Positions 22,969 through 34,017 of a stretch of 34,067 bases of DNA are shown here, one piece after another (the first letter of the stretch is position 1; each line of letters starts with the position of its first letter). The translations under genes were made by a program, and so were the position numbers. The notes below the pieces were generated by a model. It was not told the DNA's origin. It ran no database searches and saw nothing but the letters and a program-made list of their open reading frames with translations. Source of the DNA: Octopus bimaculoides (lineage: Eukaryota); contig NC_068985.1 in NCBI RefSeq assembly GCF_001194135.2, forward strand, positions 79,091,471 through 79,125,537, read 5' to 3'.

Positions 22969-23769
22969 ATGTGCAAGAAGCTTAATAGATGAGTGAATGT
23001 TAACAAATTTCAATCAAGTAAAATTATCTTTGCAATGAGGAGACGAAGACATCGGCTCAATGACTGACGTTTATCAAATCTAGTCAAAGCAAAAGGGTGA
23101 CAACTCGGGAATGTCAATTAAATTTTGAATTATTAATGCAGCGAGGTGAAAGACAACATTAACTCTTGGTAACCCCTCTTGTTCGACAAAGACGATTCCG
23201 CCATTTCTTGCTGAACATTATTGCTGAATAACCTGCACAGATAAATTGTTTGTAGTGATGAAATCTTTGTGTTGTACATTAGTGTATTCCCTTCCTCAAA
23301 TCGTTATTGCCTGTACAGGCGCACTCCATGTTCAGTATTAAAGTGATCGTAAAGCGGAACGCAACGCCCTGATTAGTTTTGGAATCGAACCTACAAGGCG
23401 ACGCACCCTCACAACATGAGGACTTGCCTTAACTTTATATCTGGCAGTTACCTTAACTGGTATCTATTTAATCTGTTTCTAGTCATCTATTTTTTACTGT
23501 TTCATATATGTCTCAAAATGCACTTTCCTGCGTGGAGAGCCTAATTTTTCAATTTTTTGTGCGTTATGTAGATAAATCCTGATTGCCAGGATTATTTCTG
23601 CTTTACTTTTCAAATGTTTACACTTGGATAGATTCACCGTTTCTTTTATTCTCTATTCAGAGAGACAACTGATCATGAGATATTACCATTACTGTTCATT
23701 CGTAACATGAATGTCCGGGATTTGAACTTAATCTTCCTGTTTGGTGGGATCCGGAAAAGTTTTTTATAA

Positions 23770-24135
23770 TTCTTTTATTCTTTTGCTTGTTTCACCTATC
23801 GAATTGCTGTCATGCTAGAGAATCTCTTTGAATAATTTAATTCTTTAAATCGAACCTAGTACTTATTGCCCGTCTGATACGTAGACTATTGGTCTCTATG
23901 GGCTGAACCGTTGAACCGCTGAAAGAAACCAATAAACACAAACAAACCAACGCCGGTTGTGCGAGAGACAAAGACAAACTCGCGCACTCATATACGACAG
24001 GCATTCTAACAGAATCTGTCTATCAAATTAAGTCACAAAGCATTGGTCGACGCGGGGCTATATTAGAAGACACTTGCCCAAGGTACCATAGAGTGTAACA
24101 CGTGGTGCGAAGAAAACTTCTTAACCAACCAGGTA
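23770..24135 (-). mobile_element. SINE family B, degenerate
   Basis: GGGGCTATATTAGAAGACACTTGCCCAAGGT and ACCAACGCCGGTTGT modules. Confidence 0.7.
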
Positions 24136-24865
24136 TGCACATTCACTTTTTAATTCCCAGACGCTTTTGCATATTTATACCAGTTAATTTCAATTGGAAT
24201 TTCATAATGTTGGTTTAATCTCCGGTGTTTGGAAAGTTCTAATGCTATCCTGTCTGTTGGTACAGTCATATGGTTTACAGCAAAAACAGTGTTTGAAACC
24301 CACGCATAATGTTACAACTTTTCCCTGTATTCTTCTCTTTTAGATACCCTTTCTTGATACTATATTAAATGTGATTTCTCGGTTTCGAATCGCTGATATG
24401 TGTCATCTTACTTACTGAGTTTAAGCCTTCTAATTGTTTGTACTATTAAGGTTTTAATGTCCCTATTGTGTATTGGTTAGCTTCAGCTACATGGTTCACA
24501 ACGGACGCGGTGTTCGAATCCCGCAGGCTATGTTAAAACATTTTGCTGTCTTAATTTACGAGATGTATATTATATTATGCTTCGTTTGAGAATAACTAGC
24601 TACAGCCAATGTGGTTAATTGTTTCTTGCCAGTCTCTAAATATTTTGCCGTTACATTTGGTATTCTGCTTCAGTTTCTGGTGAGAAGGCATTGAACTTGT
24701 GCGCAATAATAATGTATGGTCCCAACTATGAACCCAGCGCTCGCCCGTAGATGCTGACGTTTTTCTATTTCGTCTTCCTTTGTGTGCAGTCTTTCAAGCT
24801 ATTAACCAAGTAGATTTCTTTGCCACTGTCTTAGCAGGGTATAGCGTTAATATTAGGATTATTAT

Positions 24866-26305
24866 AAGGCGCCGGGATGGTAAAAACGTTAGAATGCCGG
24901 GCGAAATGCTTAGCGGTATTTCGTCTGTCTTTATGTTCTGAGTTCAAATTCCACGGAGATCGACCTTGCCTNNNNNNNNNNNNNNNNNNNNNNNNNNNNN
25001 NNNNNNNNNNNNNNNNNNNNNNNNNNNNNNNNNNNNNNNNNNNNNNNNNNNNNNNNNNNNNNNNNNNNNNNNNNNNNNNNNNNNNNNNNNNNNNNNNNNN
25101 NNNNNNNNNNNNNNNNNNNNNNNNNNNNTCATCCTTTCGGGGTCGGTAAAATAAGTATCAGTTGAGCACTAGGGTCGATGTAATCGACTTACCCCCTCTC
25201 CCAAAATTTCGGACCTTGTGCCTACAGTAGAAATGATTATTAAGGTAGCAAGCTGGCAAAATTATCATCGTACCGGACAAAATGCTTTGCGGCATTTCTT
25301 CCGGCTCTTTACGTTCAGAGTTGAAATTCCGCCAAGTTCGATTTGCCTTTCATTCTTGATGGCTGAATAAAATAAGTACCAGAAACACTGGGGTCGATAT
25401 AATCGACTAGACCCTTCTCCCAAAAAATTCAGGCTTTGTGTATACAGTAGAAAGGATTATTATTATGGTAGCCTACTGGCAGAATCATTACTGCGCGGAC
25501 AAAATGGTTTGTGTTATTTCTTCCGGCTCTTTACATTGTGTGTTCATATTCCGCCAAGATCGACTTTGTCTTACCTCCTTTTGGGGCTGATAAAATAAGT
25601 ACAAGAGCACTCCGATCAATGTAAACGACTTCCCTCGCCCCTAAAAATTACTGGCCTTATCCCAAAGGCTGGAAGAATTATGGTTATTATTACTATCGAT
25701 AAAAAAAGGTGACGAGCTGGCAGACTCATTAGCACGCTGGGCGAAATGCTTAGCGGTATTTCGTCCGTCTTTACGTTCTAAGTTCAAATTCCGCTGCGGT
25801 TGACTTTGCCTTTCATCCTTTCGGGCTCGACAGAATAAGTACCATTGAGTACTGGGGTCGATGTTATCAACTATCTACACTTCCAGATATTCAGGCCTTG
25901 TGTCTATAATAGAAAGGATTGCCAGCATTTTAAACCAATATTTCTTATCTTTAAGGCAGCGAGCTGGTAGGATGGTTAGCACACCGGACAGAATGCTTAG
26001 CGACATTTCACCTGTCTTTACATTCTGAGTTCAAATTCCGCTGGTTTCTAAGTTGCTTTTCATCCATTCGGGGATCGATAAAATAAGTACCAGTCGAGTA
26101 CTGAGTTCGATGCAATCGACTATCCCCTTCCGGCAATTAACATCGACCCTATGTGCCTATAGTAGAAAGGAATATTACTATTAATAATATTATTGTGGTG
26201 GATTGGCTAAATCAGTAGAATATCTAACTAAATGACATGATACTTGTTATCCGTTTAAGTTCTGATTTCATGTTACCAAATTTGAGTTTTGGCTTATTGT
26301 CCTTC
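24866..26305 (+). mobile_element. Head-to-tail array of five family A SINEs plus one highly degenerate sixth
   Basis: Copy starts at about 24866, 25241, 25465, 25706, 25953 and 26194; most end GTAGAAAGGATTATT-like and the next begins (T)AAGG/ATGG. Confidence 0.9.
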
Positions 26306-26312
26306 CTCTGTG

Positions 26313-26660
26313 AAGGTGCATGGCCCAGTAAGAGTACTGAGCTGACGAACATTCAGCTGTTTTGATTACACGTTATTCAAATCTACTTAGCTGAAAAGGA
26401 ACATCAGCTTATTATTGATGCCTCCTTTTCTCCAGCCAGTTGTTACATCCTCGACGTTCTGCTGTATGAAGAGGTGGAAAGGCCGAAAGGATGCCTATGC
26501 TTGCGATTGCAGACGAACCTCAAACAGTTAATAAGAGGCTGGTAAAAGCTATCGGATCACACTCGCTTGCGAATGACGGCTATGAGGTTGATGAAACAAA
26601 TATCAGCCAAATGAATACTAAGGTCATCGATTATAACCTTTCTGGAAATGTGTCGCCTTT
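26313..26660 (+). mobile_element. tRNA-headed SINE-like element containing a hammerhead-like motif
   Basis: Head GAAGGTGCATGGCCCAGT resembles the family C head at 4594; internal ATGAAGA GG...CC GAAA motif at 26466-26502. Confidence 0.4.
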
Positions 26661-26799
26661 TGTCTATACGTTAGAAATCATTATTATTTCTTATTTCTAT
26701 TCATTATTGCTTAGAAAGTAAAGATAATATTGGTTTGTATACAAAATACTGCCTGGTCATTGAGTGTAATAGCGTGGAGCTTAAAAATAGCCCTCGAGA

Positions 26800-26960
26800 C
26801 AAAACAACAGCAGCAACAACAACAACAACAACGACGACGGCAACAACAACATCAACTACAATTATTACTAATATCAGAGGAAAAAACAAACAAACAAACA
26901 ATAATATAGTGAACTTTAAATCACAAAACAAAACCGCCAACAACAACAATAACAACACTA
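26800..26960. repeat. (AAC)n-rich simple repeat region
   Basis: CAA/CAG/CGA triplet runs that produce poly-Thr/Asn/Val ORFs. Confidence 0.85.
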
Positions 26961-27619
26961 TAGCACATATTACAACAAGAACGAAGTAGCAACGTGATCA
27001 GTTGCAGAATGCTCAATTAGAGGAGAAATAAATTAGAAAAAGAAAAGAAAGCAAAACATGAAGTTTTATTAATACATTTCAATATAAATTTTATCATGTA
27101 AACAAATAGCACCTAATTAAAGAAAGTGAATTACATTACATACATACATACATACATACATGCGTATGTGTTCGTATGTGTCTGTGTATGCATCTGTATA
27201 TATATATTTGTATGTGTATATAAGTAATTATAGTAGATACACACGTACTTGTATATGTTTATGCACACATGTACAAGTATAATGTATATATAATTGTCTA
27301 GCACGCCACTGAACTAGGGTATCTATCTATCAATTAATCTGTCTATATGTCTACATATGTATTTATCGACCTATCTATCTGTGTACACACACACCTATAT
27401 GAGTATATGTACGTATGAGTGTGTAAGTGCCACGTGTGTGCGTGCAATGAAGCACAAATTAAGCGCATATGCTTGGGAAAAAATACTGCGACATTCTAAT
27501 TTTAAGTCTAAACTCTCGATTGGTGAAGAAGTCAATTGCTATACATATGTGTGACTTTACCATTCTTCATATAAAAACCACTGATAACGGGTAATATTTT
27601 GCTATCTGACTTGGTATAG

Positions 27620-27770
27620 ACAGGCGTAGTTGTGTGGTAAGAAGATTGCTTCTCAACAATACGGTTCTGAGTTCAGTCAGGGCAAGTGTCTTGCAATATA
27701 GACCCGGGTCGAACAAAGCCTTGTGAGTGGATTTGGTAAACGGAAATTGAAAGAAGCCCGTTATATATAT
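27620..27770 (+). mobile_element. SINE family B, 5' half
   Basis: GTTGTGTGGTAAGAAGATTGC...GAGTTCAGTC...AAAGCCTTGTGAGTGGATTTGGTAAACGGAAATTGAAAGAAGCCCG. Confidence 0.85.
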
Positions 27771-27859
27771 ATATATAAACAAATAGTAAATGAGTATATG
27801 CATATATACGTACAGGTATGTGCATACCGACATCCACCTGTATGTATAGGTGCATATCT

Positions 27860-28050
27860 GGGTACAGGACATTGCAAACAAACGTAGACGAGAACACACG
27901 AGCCACATAGAGAACATTCTCCTTCATCAGCCACCCACGTTTTAACACCGGCGTTTCGACGAGATTGGGCAGGACGCATCGCTAAAACGGCTCGTCCCAT
28001 GGATCGCAGATTAAATTTGTATACGCAAATTAAATCTAGCCATGGAGGAA
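27860..28050 (-). mobile_element. pLTR-like repeat with hammerhead-related motifs
   Basis: Minus strand: GACGAG/CTCGTC stem, GAAA, CGCCGGTG, then CTGATGA and a GAGA/TCTC hairpin. Penelope origin is inferred. Confidence 0.4.
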
Positions 28051-28086
28051 TGTAGTGGCGGACAAAAAACAAGACAGGAAAACAAA

Positions 28087-29022
28087 NNNNNNNNNNNNNN
28101 NNNNNNNNNNNNNNNNNNNNNNNNNNNNNNNNNNNNNNNNNNNNNNNNNNNNNNNNNNNNNNNNNNNNNNNNNNNNNNNNNNNNNNNNNNNNNNNNNNNN
28201 NNNNNNNNNNNNNNNNNNNNNNNNNNNNNNNNNNNNNNNNNNNNNNNNNNNNNNNNNNNNNNNNNNNNNNNNNNNNNNNNNNNNNNNNNNNNNNNNNNNN
28301 NNNNNNNNNNNNNNNNNNNNNNNNNNNNNNNNNNNNNNNNNNNNNNNNNNNNNNNNNNNNNNNNNNNNNNNNNNNNNNNNNNNNNNNNNNNNNNNNNNNN
28401 NNNNNNNNNNNNNNNNNNNNNNNNNNNNNNNNNNNNNNNNNNNNNNNNNNNNNNNNNNNNNNNNNNNNNNNNNNNNNNNNNNNNNNNNNNNNNNNNNNNN
28501 NNNNNNNNNNNNNNNNNNNNNNNNNNNNNNNNNNNNNNNNNNNNNNNNNNNNNNNNNNNNNNNNNNNNNNNNNNNNNNNNNNNNNNNNNNNNNNNNNNNN
28601 NNNNNNNNNNNNNNNNNNNNNNNNNNNNNNNNNNNNNNNNNNNNNNNNNNNNNNNNNNNNNNNNNNNNNNNNNNNNNNNNNNNNNNNNNNNNNNNNNNNN
28701 NNNNNNNNNNNNNNNNNNNNNNNNNNNNNNNNNNNNNNNNNNNNNNNNNNNNNNNNNNNNNNNNNNNNNNNNNNNNNNNNNNNNNNNNNNNNNNNNNNNN
28801 NNNNNNNNNNNNNNNNNNNNNNNNNNNNNNNNNNNNNNNNNNNNNNNNNNNNNNNNNNNNNNNNNNNNNNNNNNNNNNNNNNNNNNNNNNNNNNNNNNNN
28901 NNNNNNNNNNNNNNNNNNNNNNNNNNNNNNNNNNNNNNNNNNNNNNNNNNNNNNNNNNNNNNNNNNNNNNNNNNNNNNNNNNNNNNNNNNNNNNNNNNNN
29001 NNNNNNNNNNNNNNNNNNNNNN
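28087..29022. other. Assembly gap (936 N); other gaps at 3103-3151, 11694-11998 and 24972-25128
   Basis: N runs; ORFs spanning them are artefacts. Confidence 0.99.
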
Positions 29023-29059
<37 letters not shown>

Positions 29060-29061
<2 letters not shown>

Positions 29062-29190
29062 CCTTTCTACTAAAGGCACAAGGCTTGAAATTTGGGGGGA
29101 ATAGGATGACAGGGAAAGTCGATCTCGGCGTAATTTGAACTCAGAACGTCAAGACGGATGAAATGATGCGAAGCATTTTTCCCAGCGTGC
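29060..29190 (-). mobile_element. SINE family A, internally deleted
   Basis: GGCACAAGGC tail joined to AAAGTCGATCTCGGCGTAATTTGAACTCAGAACG. Confidence 0.75.
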
Positions 29191-29685
29191 ATATACAATG
29201 GTTATAATAATAAACCCTATTAAATGCATACACAGAAGTATATACTAATAGGCAATGTTAGTTCCTAAGATTAATGATGACTAAGTGTATGTGAGGGTTG
29301 TAACGGCGTGAAGTTTTAGAAAGCGAATGATTAATGGGTAATTAAATGAAGTAGTAAAATATATGCAGATGCAATTGTGGTGAGAACGAATTTGCAACAG
29401 TGATATCAGTGTGATAAATGAGGCAAGTAGTTTTAATTTAGTATGATCTGGATTTGTTGTGTGTGGAGGGGAGTTAACTAAAAATTGATTTTATTATTTT
29501 GCTTGTATGGAAAACCCCTTCCTCGTTTCCGTTTTTCAATTTCATTTCTATTTCAAACATAATTATGAACTGGTGCATATTTGCTATTACCAAAATGTAC
29601 TTTATTAATTGTTCTTTTCCACATTACCTGGAATTTCCAGTTGTGTGTTAATTGTCTAAGCAGGTATTACATCCCAGAATTACAT

Positions 29686-30669
29686 GAGTGACCACCAAAA
29701 TTCGAGAAAAGATAAATAAGTAAATGAGTAGAAACTACACCGGTGAGTGTGTTAAATAATAAGGCACTAAAAGAGAATAACTCTCCTCAGACACAAAATA
29801 TGCTTCAACACATGAACTCGCATAAAGAATCTTGCAAACCAAATTCAAAGACAAAATAAAATAAGCTTTGGCCAGGCTAGCAAAACGCTGAGAAACACTG
29901 TTCTGCTGTCTAAAAATCAAAATAGCTATCCGACAGCTCCACTTCATTAAAACGTGCATCTCCTCCAAGCTTTACACGAAATCTGTCAATTCGGCTGTCA
30001 AGCGGCTAGGACTCACAGAACATCAAGCAAGAAAACTAAAACACACGATGTTACAAAAAAACAAAATACAAAAAAAAAAACAAGCAGAAAGAAAGAAAAT
30101 ATACACAGAAATCAACCAGTACCTTAAATGAAAGAGTCCTGCTGCATGAACTAAAAAAAAACCCCACCACTACACCACACGAAAGAAAGAGATTCATGAC
30201 AAACATCCACCAAGAATACCGCCGAGTAAACCATGACTGTAACAAACACTTCAACCAGAAACTCAAGTGGATGAAACGGCAACAAGAACGATCCCAGCAT
30301 GGTAAGTATCAATACAAATACCCAAACAATATCGACGGAATTGTCATGTCGGAATGTAAACTACCAGAGGAGTTCGGCGCCAGGACACTGACAAACAATA
30401 CCTCCACCGCCAACAACAACAACAACAACAACAACAACAAAAATTACACTTCTGGAATATACGGTGCAGTACAACTAGAGAAAGATGAAATGCATGCTTT
30501 AGAGTTACCACCAAAATTCGAGAAAAGATAAATAAGTAAATGAGTGGAAACTTTACCAGCGAGTGTTAAATAATAAGGCACTAAAAGGGAATGACTCTCC
30601 TCAGACACAACAAAATATACTTCAACACACGAACTCACATAAAGAATCTTGCAAACCAAATCCAAAAAC
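29686..30669 (+). mobile_element. Penelope-like 5' ORF fragment bracketed by a direct repeat of about 165 bp
   Basis: Repeat copies at 29686-29850 and 30503-30669; the intervening ORF remnant ends GAVQLEKDEMHALELPPKF, resembling the PLE N-terminal LxLxPKF motif. Confidence 0.6.
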
Positions 30670-30947
30670 GAAATTTTGAAACAAGGAATCTATTTAAATA
30701 CATTGAGAATAAAGAGAGCAAATAGCTTTAAAATGCCATTTCCCCCCTTTCTTCTCCAATTTGTTTTCAGAGTTTAAAGTCTTAATCTTCTCAACAAACC
30801 ATTTTGAAACACAAAACATTTTGTAATTGTTATGGAAAATAAAACCAGATGAACATTCTATATTGTGTCGGTTGGTAGAAAAATATATACGGGTATTTAA
30901 AAAAGTTTCCTTTGAAGTGAAACCCATTTTGTTTTTCACGTAGATTA

Positions 30948-31131
30948 CCATATTTTCTGGCATATAAGTCGACGCAGTATATTGTGTAAACATTCCAACA
31001 TTCCAAATTCTGCTGCATTATACATGGAATTTTTGCTCTGCCAAAGTCGTCTTGATGTATAATCGATCTACCTTTGTTTTTGGCTGAAAATATTGGTCCG
31101 AAAAATTCGACTTGTATGCCGGAAAATACGG
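30948..31131. mobile_element. pogo/Tigger-like MITE (184 bp) with TA TSD
   Basis: TIRs CCATATTTTCTGGCATATAAGTCGA vs reverse complement CCGTATTTTCCGGCATACAAGTCGA; TA at 30946-30947 and 31132-31133. Confidence 0.85.
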
Positions 31132-31499
31132 TAGCCGCCCCTAAATTTGATTTCATTCAACAGTTGTGATACGGATATTGTTATATGTTGAAAAGAATAT
31201 TGATATATTTCGGGACGGTCATTTTTTTTTGCCAAATAAACACATACACTATATATTCGTTCTTCACTTCAGATTTATTATTGTTCTTATATTTTGTCGT
31301 TTGTCCGGAAATGTTTTTATCACGCGTCCTGTGACCTCTTCAGCGACTCTCCATTCCACGTGTCTCCGTCAGTTCTGTTTAGCCCATTCGCTTTAGATGT
31401 AATATTTTGTTTCCAATTTAGGCACACGACAAGCAAATCCAGGGTGAAAGAATTCAGCGATACCATCGAACTATGTTCTTAAATGATACTTTATTTTAA

Positions 31500-31627
31500 G
31501 GACTTCAGAAAGATGAAAGCCAAAATTAGCTTCAGTGGGATTTGAACTCGGAATGTAAAGAGCCGGAAGAAATGCCTTGCAGCATTTCTTACGTCCTCTT
31601 TAACGCTTCTGCCAGATCATCACCTTG
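31500..31627 (-). mobile_element. SINE family A, 5' half
   Basis: GGGATTTGAACTCGGAATGTAAAGAGCCGGAAGAAATGCC...CTGCCAGATCATCACCTT. Confidence 0.75.
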
Positions 31628-31753
31628 ATCGATTATGCTATAATATCTTTAACGTAAGGAATCCGTTACGTCAAAGAAAGTAATTAATAATAAGAAGCTG
31701 CTGGTAGTCATGGTAGCGGTGTTGGCTGCAGTAACATTTATAATGATTATACT

Positions 31754-31787
<34 letters not shown>

Positions 31788-32279
31788 TAACGGTTGATTG
31801 TTGTTATAGTGGTTGTTTTGGTTACTGGCGGTGGCGGCATCGCTTTCCTCACCGCAAGCCTTACTGCCATTATTATAATATTTGAATATTTTGTTCGTTA
31901 TTTGCAAAGATATGTCATTTCTGCTGAATAAAATGTGAAATAAATTATAAATGTGTGTATTACACATCAATGATTTGAAGCTTAACTATTAGAACTTAAT
32001 TTTCTTACAACATAACGTTTTAACATAAAATAAGATCTGAAAGCGTTGTTAAGCTATAAAAGTTAATGAAAACGAATTCCTATTGATATTAATTTCATTG
32101 TATGTTGTCAAATATCTTGGAAAATTTGCTTACATTCGAATTAAAACATATGAATTGTAATGTACCCTTAGATTTATTTAATCCTGAACTTCATCCAGGT
32201 CTTCATGGGCTGGTTGTACTTTTGGTAGCAATAAAGAGACGGCAGTGGGTATATATTTTCTGTTGGACTAATATCATTT

Positions 32280-32725
32280 ATCTTTTACTTGCTTTCGTCT
32301 TTAGATTACGGCTATGCTAGGGCAATGTCTTGAAGGGTTTAGTCGAACAAATCGATCTCGGTAACTATTTTCTTAAAGCCTGATAGTTATTCTGTCCGTC
32401 TCTTATTGCCAAACGACTAAATTATTAGGACATAAACAAACCAATACCTGTTATCAAGCGGTGAGGGCCTAACTCAAGCACAAAAATGCGAACACATAGA
32501 TACACATACACACGCACGCACACATACGCACGCACACATACGCACGCACACATACGCACGCACACATACGCACGCACACACTCATATGCAAGAAAGGTTT
32601 CTTTTAGTTTCCGTTTGTCAAGATCTAGTCAAAAGGCTTTGGCTGACATTTACCCCACGTGCGAAGTAGTGTGACTGAACCCAGAATCATGTATGTTGGG
32701 AAGCAAATTTCTTACCCCACAGCCA
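32280..32725 (-). mobile_element. SINE family B with an internal 14-bp tandem repeat (ACGCACGCACACAT, about 5 units)
   Basis: Head GGCGCAGACGTGGCTGTGGGGTAAG on the minus strand; tandem at about 32512-32582 replaces the usual internal microsatellite. Confidence 0.8.
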
Positions 32726-32804
32726 CGTCTGCGCCAATGTGTGTGTGTGTGTGAGAGTGCGTGCGTGCGTGTGTGGGTGTGTGCGTGCCTGTGTGTAGTG
32801 AAAG

Positions 32805-33115
32805 TGTGTGTGCAAATGGATAGGGGTATTCGTCTCAAGATCATAAGGTCGTGAGTTCGATATCTGGCGCAGTATTGGATGGTCAGAAAGTTACCATTCG
32901 CTTTGCGTCTACCATGCTCTCCAGGCCTGTTGGCTGCAGGTTATGTGCCTTTCATGTTGTTCCAGGTCACTCAAGTGGCGAAAATGAGTTGTACGTGTAA
33001 TTCAAAGAGACAGACTTGCCAGATTTTGTGTCACGCTGAATCTCCCGGAGAACTACCTTAAGGGTACGCGTGTATGTTGCATGCTCAGCCACTTTCATGA
33101 GCAGGTTGTTCCGAG
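32805..33115 (+). mobile_element. tRNA-derived SINE, family C variant
   Basis: GTGAGTTCGATATC B-box-like; CACTCAAGTGGCGAAAATGAGTTG; CTCAGCCACTT tail. Confidence 0.6.
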
Positions 33116-33299
33116 GATCGAATCCACTGGAATCCTCGTCGTACTAGGGTCGATTTGTTAATCTACATCCTTCAAGACGGTACCCCAGTATGGTCGCAGT
33201 CCAATGACTGAACAAATAATAGATATAAGAATATACATACATGTTTTACATATACACGCACGTATGCATGTATTTATACATATATATATATAAATAGAA

Positions 33300-33505
33300 T
33301 ACAAAATGGGACAAGAACACAAAACATCCAGAGAGTTTGGTGATACAAAAAAAGGGACAACGAAACATGCTGATAGACGATACAAAGAAAACAAGGACGG
33401 GCCATTCGGAGTTTTCTTTCCTCAGTCGAGTTCCAGATTATCTTTGCAATTTCGGCTGGTTATACTCGAGATTGCTCCAATTTGACAAGCCCCAAGGAAA
33501 AACCA
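33300..33505 (-). mobile_element. pLTR-like repeat with hammerhead-related motifs
   Basis: Minus strand: GGCTTG/CCAGCC stem, GAAA, TTGCAA palindrome, then CTGAGGA and a short hairpin. Penelope origin is inferred. Confidence 0.4.
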
Positions 33506-33955
33506 TGCTCGCTTGCATGATTTGAGATAGACTGTTGGAAACCCATTCATGCCAGCCGTTGAGTTTGCGTCAGCCTCATCTATGGCCAGTTTTACATCTT
33601 CAATGTTTATGTACTCAATTTTTTAAAAACCTCTTTGGCTTTAGGTAATGTGGCAAAGAATTTCGCTGGTTTGTTCACTTGCCTGTGTTCCAGCGGTGTA
33701 GTGAACACATTTTGGAACTGTTCGTTCAGTATTTCAATTACTCTCAAGGAGTTTCCTGTGAGAGAGCCATCGTTTTGGAAGAGGGGTCCTATCTTGTGGC
33801 GTATTCAAGCTGTTTCTTTGGCAAACTTAAAGAAAGATTTCGGGTTTGACTTGATAGTATCTATAACCCAATATTCTTTATTTCCTCTCTCATTTTCTCA
33901 ATTTCCAATAGCACTCTCTCCAGACGAGACTTCTTGCCACTTTTGGGATACTCGC
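33505..33955 (-). mobile_element. CR1-like LINE ORF2 fragment (EN-RT linker to start of RT)
   Basis: IKSNPKSFFKFAK...KIGPL..DGSLT...EILNEQFQNVFT...EDVKLAIDE...NSTAGMNGFP..LKSCK fits the CR1-group pattern NPKxFF..IGPL..LNxQFxSVF..AGPDGFP. Confidence 0.8.
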
Positions 33956-33986
33956 ATAAATATATGTATGTATATATATGTATGCA

Positions 33987-34017
<31 letters not shown>

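Noticed and set aside
24490-24530. B-box GTTCGAATC suggesting a tRNA gene
   Set aside because: No cloverleaf or acceptor stem can be formed; at most a decayed SINE head. No genuine tRNA gene was found in the window.
24790-24839. Plus-strand exon candidate (FQAINQVDFFATVLAG)
   Set aside because: Good pyrimidine tract but a weak donor (gtatag), short, no homology, and opposite strand to the best exon.
28036-29104. ORFs of about 345 aa (and similar ones at 11591-12094 and 24877-25154)
   Set aside because: Almost entirely N-gap translation.
29755-29815. Minus-strand GAAG-CATA/TGTG-TC running directly into TGAGGA plus hairpin (also at about 30575-30635)
   Set aside because: No room for stem I and no GAAA after the hairpin, so it cannot form a hammerhead.
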